DNA of 64,000 nt from Octopus sinensis. Its lineage: Eukaryota. How positions within the stretch are numbered: the stretch's first letter is position 1; every line of letters begins with the position of its first letter. The translations under genes were made by a program, and so were the position numbers. The notes below the pieces were generated by a model, which worked only from the letters and a program-made list of their open reading frames with translations, searched no databases and had not been told where the DNA came from. The stretch is taken from positions 90,334,001 to 90,398,000 of the forward strand of contig NC_043003.1 of NCBI RefSeq assembly GCF_006345805.1, given 5' to 3'. Positions 55,370 to 64,000 of the stretch are shown here, one piece after another.

Positions 55370-56805
55370 CCTATCAAACTTGAAGAGCATAAGAAAAAAG
55401 ACAGAGAAAGGAAGAGAAGGAAATATGCAGAGGAAAAAAAGCAACTGAGAGAGAGAAAGAGAGAAACAAAGGAGATGCACACTGAGGTGTTCAAGAGGCC
55501 CCAAAGCTTTGGAAAAGCAACCAGAAGAGTTGAAAAAGGTCTTTCAGAGGGAAATGTAGAGCCTGGTTCTCCCAATGGTATCACCATTGCACATGGAGCA
55601 GTATATGCTGTTAACTATCTTCACCAGTTCTACGTTGGCTGGGCCCTGGAACATGTCTCTGGTTGTATAATTAAGTTTGTTTCTTTATAGATCTGTTGTT
55701 GCTGGTATCAACACCTTTAGCTGGCCTAGAAGGGATGATATTGACACTTGTCACAGAAATGTGTTCTATGGTCCTATCCAGTTGGTTGGCACTGAACCCT
55801 ATACAGTTATTGAGCTGGAAAGCATCAAGAAAGCATTTGCTCTTCTCACAAAAAGCCACTGTAGAAGTATTTTGAGCTGGAAAACACAGGTGTCTCTTCA
55901 TTTTCAAACAGACCTTTGTCCTGAGTGTGTTTCTTAAGGGTATTTTAGAATATTCTGGCTTAAAAGACAAAACTTATACCCCTTTCATTTGTAATTTGAT
56001 GAGTGATTTTTTGTAAACAGTCAGACTTTGTATACAATTATGTATTTATTTTATATAATTATTCGTAATTTTTATATTTAATAACTATGTAGTTTTTAGA
56101 GCAAGTTTGACAAAACTGAAAAGGAGCTAGAGTATGTGATTCATGTATTTGGTCAGTATAATAACTCCTTCATGTGCACAAAAAGTTAAGATTGTTGTTC
56201 TTAAATAATCATTTACAATATTTTCATTTTAATTGATGCTCATCTGTGTATATTTATTTTCTAGATTCCCATTTTAAAGCTAAATGTAGATTTGCTCCAA
56301 ACTTTGTGGAAATTTATGAAAACTTTGCTCAATTGAAACAGATTTGGAAATTAAACTATGTTGTTGATACACTTGCAGTATAAATGTTTACTTCATAACA
56401 AGTTATTGAAGTGGACACATTTTCCCCTCTGCAACAGTATACTGTCCTACAAGTTGCTGTCCCATTCAGAAAACCTGAAAGATTGGGATTTCTTTCTGTT
56501 ATCTTTTTGACAAACAGAAAATATTGTAATTCAGCATCCAATTAGTTTTTGTATATTATTACAAGATTTAAAAATGAAATTAAAGCTTTAGAAAAAGGAA
56601 ATTTTCTGTTCCCCTCCGCAACAGCACACATTTTGTGTTCTACAGTGTCAGAAGATCATCATATAAAAAAAGTCACACACTGACACAGGTTACTTTGTAA
56701 AAACTAGAAGCTTCACTGCTCAAACAGACTCAAATGTCAAAATGTTAAAAAATTATTATGAGAAAAGCACTTCTGATTTTCCCCTCTGCAACATACAGAA
56801 CACTG
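55370..56805 (+). mobile_element. 3' remnant of a probable pogo-like DNA transposon
   Basis: Frameshifted K/E/R-rich stretch, then [13 protein letters not shown]...FLYRS...TFSWPRRDDID...VFYGPIQL. Three subterminal ttcccctc(t/c)gcaaca repeats; the end cactg|TA. Confidence 0.5.
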
Positions 56806-56816
56806 TAGAATGTACC

Positions 56817-56847
<31 letters not shown>

Positions 56848-57318
56848 TATATATGTATGTGTGTGTATATATATATATATATGAGATATCATCATGGCTG
56901 CTGCTACTATCTTTTTATTTATTTTTATCTTATAGCATTATATTTCAGTTACATTAGATTGTTGCATTAGGTTGTATTTTCAGCAGTATGATGGATTGTG
57001 TGAAAAATAAGTTTAGGTTTTTTTTTCAAAATTTCTTTTTTTCAGTTTTGGTGTAAAAAAAAAAGATGTAATAAAATTTTTGATTGTGATAAAAATAAAC
57101 TTGTAATGTTAAGACTATTTGTCATGGAAATATATTGGTCTACCAGGTTGTTTTTGAAAGCTATCTTTAATTAAATATAAATAGAAATCTTAGAATATGC
57201 AACATCAGGCTGTAAGTAAAATCTTTTAAGTGCATCACATGCTGTTAGTCAAGAAAAAAAAATCTAATAATAATAATGTATGGAAAACTAATTGTGTGTG
57301 TATGTATGTATGTATGTA

Positions 57319-57358
<40 letters not shown>

Positions 57359-58790
57359 CACATATATACATCAAAGTTTAGCTATTTATAAATAATATGT
57401 CTAAGCAATTAAGTATGTAATGTTTTTCTTAATCATCACAGAAATATTGTTTTGTAATTAAGTAGCATTTGTGAGAATTAAAAAATGATCCTTTTGCAAC
57501 TGAAATTTGAGGACATTGCAAGTGAGACTTAACAACTGTCCTAATCAACTGCAAGATTTAATTTGCAGTGAGACTAGCACAGCTTTTGTAGTAATCTTAG
57601 AATTTGTGAGAGACATCGCTCTTGCGATACTTTCAGAATCAACTTAACATTGTAAACCTAGAAAAGCTTGAGCTGGATTTTCCCCATCATCAGCTGAAAA
57701 ATGATGATGATAAATGGCTGCGTAACTAATTATTTTTGTATTGTCGTTTTGATTTAACTCTTTTGTTACGATATTTCTGTTGAAATACATTGTCTTTTGT
57801 TTCCAATAACTTGGAAGAATAACTGAGAATTTAGTTGAATCAATTTTGTTATTTTTAAAGCTTATGTTTGAAAAATAAATTAACAGAATTTTGATGGAAA
57901 GTTTTAATTTAGATTATTTTAAAACAGGACGTTTGTATCATAAAACCAAAAGTATTCTAAGGTAGATTGATATCAAAAGTGTTAGCATGATATAGTTTCA
58001 ATAGCTCTGCTATATTATAAGCTTCCTCCAAACAACACTGCTCTAGTTTTATGGCATCAACATCAGATGAGAGAGGAATTTTACTTGGATGGAGTGCTAG
58101 TCTGTTCAAACTAACAATTCCAGTGACTGGGTACTCATTATTGACAGTAAGATAAACTGAGCTAAATACTGTGAAATACCTACAATAGGTTATAAATGAA
58201 TATGAATGAACTGATAAGTTGTTTTATGCATGCATATGTATTCATATAGAGAATCATTGTATAAACATAAAAAGGTAAATCCATGATAATTAAGAGCTTG
58301 TTAAACTTTGGCATTTTATTACAGTGAATCCAAGTGGAACTGACTTGCATGCATCTGCATAATTGGCTAAAATAATCTTTAAGAGCAACATATTTCAAAT
58401 AAAAGTAGTAAAGCAACAGTTGTTTCATTAAAATAAACATCATTAACTGTGTCATTACATAATTTTGACACAAAATTATTTTGAATTAGCTTAAACACTG
58501 TATTTACCCAAATCATCAACAATGATATGTTAGCCTTTTAAACTCAGTTTAACTTAAATTTGATTTAAATTAATTATGTATTGCAATTATGTAATTATAC
58601 ATTTAATAATGTTCATCATAATGAAACAACTGATGTCTGGTCCCAACATGGCATTACAAGGCAAATAAAAGTTGCTATGTACTGTGTATATCTTTTATCT
58701 TTTACTTGTTTGTCATTAGACTGCAGCCATGCTGGATCACCACCTTGACATTGACATTATTCATTTACTTATGTGAGACATAAACCCTTT

Positions 58791-59165
58791 ACAGGCATCA
58801 TGTAGGTGTCCTTGAACACTTCCATCAGAGATGTCTGAGACACAGAGGTCTTGAGAGGAGCCCACATCCTAAGCATTGAGGTGATGGTGCACAAGCACTG
58901 TTTACATTGTTTGGATACATGATTGGAGGATCCCTAAGCAGATACTATATGACAAATTTTTCTGTGGAAAGCACTACCAGCAGAAACCAAGGCTACAGTT
59001 TAAGGATTGTTTAAAGTATGTGAAATTTGGGAGGTCAATTGGGAAAGCACTGTTTGTCATTGCTATCAATGGAGCAAACAAGTAAAGGAAGGAATGGGTA
59101 TTAAAAAGAAATATGCATTTTTCATGCCGAATTTAAGCAAGCTGCTCGAAAATGCACTGCCAGTG
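58791..59165 (+). pseudogene. RTE/BovB-like LINE ORF C-terminal fragment
   Basis: LEHFHQRCLR, SIEVMVHKHCL, RIPKQILY, KPRLQFKDCLK and NWESTVC across frameshifts. Confidence 0.75.
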
Positions 59166-59757
59166 TAGTGAATGGGGGAAGCTTTGTCTGCAATATCTGT
59201 GGACATATACATTTATCAAGGGCTGGGGTCATTAGTCACCAATGGAGCCACAAGTATGAATTTGTTTTGAGTGCACAATGTTATTAATAGTCAGTAATAG
59301 TCTTCCTTGTGTGTGTGTGTGTGCATGCATGTGGTGTAGTGTGGTGTGTGTGTGTATGTTAGTTCAGGGTCATGCATACAATTTTTTTAGGCTTATCTCT
59401 GATTACTGTAGGATCAGAAAAATCTTTCCTTGGATAGATCAGTTTATCTTAGTAACCTTTCCCCACAACAAGAATTGAATTTAGCATTGCAAGTCAATAC
59501 TTACCAGTTTTACATGGATATACTGAACCATTTGAGAGTTAGGCAAGTGTGTTGGCCATGGACACACTACAGTATTAACAACAGAATACAATCTTCTGAC
59601 ACCTTTGTTTTTCAAAGTTCTTTAAGCTCAGCTATTCACACTTTCCTTTTATAGATATAGATATCTTAGTAATTAATCTCCTAATAAGACATTAAGACAA
59701 TTGGGCAAGTATCATGCAAAAATAAATCAGAATTTAATAAAAAAATAAAATTTTTAA

Positions 59758-59957
59758 TCTTTGATCCTATTCTGCCCAAGACTGCTTTTGGTTCTGTGGT
59801 ACAAGCTTTCTGTTTTAAAGTGATCCAAGTCAAAATTTCATGTTAATTTTTGATCCAAACATGAGCTTAATAACAACAGTTATTTTACTACATTTTTCAT
59901 TATTTTTGGAATGAATCGAAATAAAAAGTATATTTCAACAATGTGGTTACAAAAGGG
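59758..59957. mobile_element. piggyBac-type MITE
   Basis: Ends ggttacaaaaggg-TTAA; the interior matches other copies in reverse. Confidence 0.6.
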
Positions 59958-60436
59958 TTAAAAGAATAGAGACCCAAAATGTCATCTCAATAAGGGTTGC
60001 AATTTAAGTTCAGTATACACATACAGAAACAGTGCTTGGACACATTGTCAGTGTTGCATCCTAGAGTCACTGGGTGTTTTGGGTCTTTCAACATACATCC
60101 TCATCCAATTGATCCTGACCCATGTTAATCAATACTAAACAGTATTCTACTGACCCCACCAATTACCTCTTTTCATCCAGATCTATCTGGCTCCAATCAT
60201 CTGCTTAATAACAGTAAAGCTATTTTACTATATTATTCATTATTTCTTAAATCAATTGAAAAATACAGGGTATATTTCAATAGAAATATGGTAACAAAAT
60301 GGTTAAAGGAATCATCCTCATCTTTCCCAGCATGGTCTTGATAATGGTTGTAACTTACAATGTATTAAAAGAAGTCTTGTCTATTACAAGTATTTATTTA
60401 TGCCTTTATAAATTTGTATTTCATTTCCTTTTTCAG

Positions 60437-60612
60437 TGGATTCATTATTGTGTTTCTGCAATCCTTGTGCAGGAGCTGTCGTCAATAATTCTTGCCTTGC
60501 AAAAGAAGGAAGCAAATGTTTCACTGCAATAGAAGAAAAAATAGAAAACAATATAGCAGTTGATGTTTGGAGTTTTGGGTGTTTGCCTCCACATGAAAGC
60601 ACTGTCCTTCAG
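60437..60612 (+). CDS. BMPR1: Internal coding exon (phase 1 to phase 0) of a type I BMP receptor ectodomain (tkv/ALK3/6-like)
   Basis: tttttcag acceptor and cag|gtgagt donor. Open frame DSLLCFCNPCAGAVVNNSCLAKEGSKCFTAIEEKIENNIAVDVWSFGCLPPHESTVLQ, with six Cys in activin-receptor spacing and the GC(L/M)PP motif of Thickveins/BMPR1. Confidence 0.85.
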
Positions 60613-63330
60613 GTGAGTTTATTTCCATTTTGCAATTTTTCAAAGTATTCTAAGTTTCCAATAAAGATGTATGCATACCTTTGTTCATGTGCACAGGCAT
60701 GCATGCGCACGCGCACACGCACACACACACACACACACAATGGCTGATTTCTTTTTTTTTTCCTCATGCTCACACCTAATGAATTGGCAAAGATCATCCT
60801 GATTAGAAAATTTTTATGCAAGTCTTGATGCCTGACTGCTCAAAATGGGGGAAAATTGGAGTTGTTTATCTGCTGTATCTTGGTGATACTAATGCATAAA
60901 TAAATACCCAGATGCCAGCCTCTTTATCTTCTGTACTAACCATATATCAGTCTCTCTCTTCTTGAATACCAATATTTAGCAGGAAAGAGAATATCTTCAA
61001 ATGTTATTTTTGCAACTTGATTGCTCCTGTCATCTCCTGAGTGGAAGTTTATATGATCCTAGAAACAACTCCCTTTGTACCTTGAAGGTCTACCCTGACA
61101 CTTCACTAATTTTATCTTGTGTAGCTACAGTTACATGAGATGTAAAGATTATACATGTAGCTACAGCTACAAGAAACTTGTTTTGCGCTGGTCCTTGCTC
61201 ATGCTTTTACTCCTCATCTCCTAGCATAAAGCCCCCTCCTTGGGGTTCATAGTATTGCAAGCTGCATAGTGATTTCATTAGTGCTAGTAGCACAAAAAGG
61301 GCACCCAGTTTACACTGTAAAGTGTTTGGCATGATAGAGAGGGTCTCTGAGTTTCTAGGTTGTCCTTCATTTTTCTGTTAGCGTTTCAGTGAAGTTCCTT
61401 CATATCTTCCTGGTGCCTGATAGCCTTTTCTCCACTGAAATACCAACCTTAAAACTTTGAAATGGGCTGGCTGCTCATCTCTTGGCTCTACAAGTAGAAG
61501 TAAAACTTTGTCAAAAGAATGGTGCCGTTGATGTTTGGTTAACTGAAAATGTAGCAGACTTAATGATGTTGACAGACTGCTGAACTTGTCTGACAGAACT
61601 TTTAGATATTTATTATCATTATTGTCATCATTATCATCTTTTTCCATGCATATCCTTACTGGTATGTGTTGGAAGGTTTGACAGGCTCTAATGGGTTTGA
61701 GGACTGCCTTGTGTTCCAGTGTTTACTTTGGCATGGTTTCAGTGGCTAGATCTCTTTTCTAATGCCAACCATTTTACAGAGTGCACTGGGTGCTCTTTTC
61801 ATACCACCAGCACTAGTGAGGCTGGCTTGTAACTTGCAAGCATAAGATCACCCTTGATTGAGTGGGACTGTAGTTGAGAGGGAGGTGGCTTTATGTTAAA
61901 TGATAAATGGTTAGAAGGGAACAGGTTTCTTACTGTGGAAGAGCTATATAACTACTCACATTAGTACTTAAATAACTTAGATATGTTTCAACCAAAGATT
62001 GGCCTACATCTGTTCAGCTCTGTACCCATGTCAGTCTTATTCCCTTGATTTCATGATTTTCAGTTTTTTGGTCCCATCAGTAGTTGAATTGGCTGAAATA
62101 CAGAGGATTGCCAAAAACCCTCCCAAATTCATCATTCTTTATAAGTGTTTCAAATGTCAATTACTCTGGAGAAAATTGTTAAATAATGTTGTTCTGAGGG
62201 CCACAACACAGTTTTTTTTTTTTTTTCGAAAAGTTTTGTATTCTTAAACTTCAAGGCAGCATTTAAGCTTGCTTTTCTGCTGAATGAATTCTGCCATTTG
62301 ACTGGAAACCACCAGCTGCTTGAGGTTTACTCCATTAAGCTTTGTTATTCTCTTCTCATGTTTATATAAAGAAATAATGTGAAAAAGCTTTTAATGATAC
62401 ATTGTACTGGAGTTGTTGGTATTTTCTGTTGTTACATTTATAAATTTATGAATAATACCTTTTATTGGCATTTAATTTTGACAATGTTGTTATTATATGT
62501 TTCTTTTTTTCTTTTTATTTGCTGTTACATTTGTCTTTGTCTATTACTTTCAATGCAAATGTGGTTGAGTACAAATTGTTGGTAGAAATGTAGTTAAATG
62601 TTAATAATAATGATGACAATTAACTGCTGTAGTGGTTAGATGTCTTTTGTCGTTGTTGCTCTCGGATGACTGTCAGCACTTGTTATTTAGGGTCATTCAT
62701 TGTTCTAGCTGCAGCTGTTATTTATCTTTTTTTGTTTGTTTGTCGCACAGATTTGCAGGTATTTGTCTCAAAGCAAGACTTAAAGTTTACAACAAGCGCC
62801 TTAATGTATATATTAATATCTTAAGTGATTCTACATAATAAGTCATGCAAGAAACTGCTATGTACCGTTTCTGATTTGAACTGATGCTTGCAACTGAGCA
62901 AGTAAAAAAAATCAATTCGAAAATTGCATTCATGCTACAGGAAATAGAACAAAACTGAACAATTAAAAAAGAAAATTTTTCTCCCTTAGTCAATTTTTAT
63001 TTCTTTAAATGTAAATTTATTTAAATGGTTTCAAATAAAAAGAATTATGCTAGTTATTGTTATTCAAGATGGCTGCTGTCATTGTAAAATGTTTTATCAT
63101 TATTTCTTGGTGTGTACTGTATAAAATAGGTGCAGAGTGGCTAAACGGTTAAGAAGTTCACTTTGCAACTCAGATCCTAGGTCCAATGCCACTGTATGAT
63201 ATCCTGGGCAAATGTAATTTTCTGTAGCCTCAGGTCAACTGTCAATTCATGTCTTATGGATAAAATTGTATGGAAGCCTGTAGGCAGCATAGTACCTGTA
63301 ATTCAAAAGATTACAACCTTGTTATACATA

Positions 63331-64000
63331 CAGGGGTTGGACAAAATAATGGAAACATCTTAAAATTTCAAACAAATTTATTTTAATATGGGTAGGACTG
63401 CCTTTGGCAGTAATTACAGCTTGAATTCTACAAGGTATGAAGTCGTACAAAATTTGAATTTGTTTCCAAAGAAATTTTTGTCCATTCTTCAGCTAAAACA
63501 GTCTCCTGTTCTTGTAGTGATGATGGTGGAAGATATCGACTCCTTACTTGGTTTTCTAAAATGCACCATAAACGTTCAATAATATTGAGATCTGGAGACA
63601 GTGGTGGCTAGATAAGATGTTCAACTTCACTAGAATGTTCCTCGTGCCATTCAGTAACAACTTTAGCTGTGTAAATTGGTACATTATCATCCTGAAAGAT
63701 TACGTTTCAATCTGGAAACAGTTCTGCAACCATAGGATGAATTTGATCAGACTATTAATTCTGCCATGATGGGAAACCACAGGGCTGGTGGATTTCCAAG
63801 ATATAGACCCCCCCCCCATCATTACAGATCCTATTCTATGTTTAAGAGTTGGAAGAAGGCAATCTGGGTCAAATGCTTCTTTTGGCTGTCTCCGCATGTA
63901 TGCTCAGCCGGTGGTCAGAAATGAGGTAAAGGATGAATCATCTGAGAAAATACCATTCTTTCACTGCTCTAGGGACCAATTCTATAGGTTCTTATTCCAC
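63331..64000 (-). mobile_element. Tc1-type transposon, 3' part (continues beyond the window)
   Basis: TA-caggggttggacaaaataatggaaaca TIR. Minus strand PTLKH..GSVM, FQDDNVPIYTAK and SPDLNIIERLWCIL. Confidence 0.9.

Noticed and set aside
55691-55890. Apparent exon (tttatag ... cag|gt)
   Set aside because: Better explained as part of a continuous frameshifted transposon ORF that starts upstream.
58051-58146. ATG-initiated frame MASTSDERGILLGWSASLF... with a gtaag donor
   Set aside because: Phase 0 donor and a weak signal-peptide character; it does not fit the receptor exon.
61378-61647. 89-aa minus-strand ORF
   Set aside because: No recognisable motif; it starts in a (GAT)n-like repeat tail and has no convincing splice context.

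Overview
AT-rich animal genomic DNA, dense in transposons and microsatellites. The SINE set and the (TA)n load suggest an octopus or related cephalopod (inference, not searched). There is no prokaryotic-style gene content and no CRISPR array. One host exon is well supported: 60437-60612 (+), encoding the N-terminal part of the Cys-rich ectodomain of a type I BMP receptor (tkv/BMPR1-like). Most of the window is therefore probably intronic or upstream sequence of that gene. The rest is a nested TE landscape. DNA transposons: maT/DD37D mariner, Tc1, pogo-like, hAT (Buster-type), piggyBac plus many TTAA MITEs, and a composite Helitron. Retroelements: a Gypsy remnant, RTE, BovB-like and CR1-like LINEs, Penelope-like termini, and three tRNA-derived SINE families. 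There are also three foldback elements and a ~2.8-kb C(AT)n array. The best leads are two minimal hammerhead-ribozyme folds, one SINE head carrying two alternative tails that match LINEs present in the window, a CR1-like LINE with twin-priming geometry, a Helitron that appears to have captured a piggyBac end by read-through, and the unlocated 5' exons of the BMP receptor gene. All alignments were done by eye, so most TE boundaries are approximate unless a TSD or TIR is quoted.
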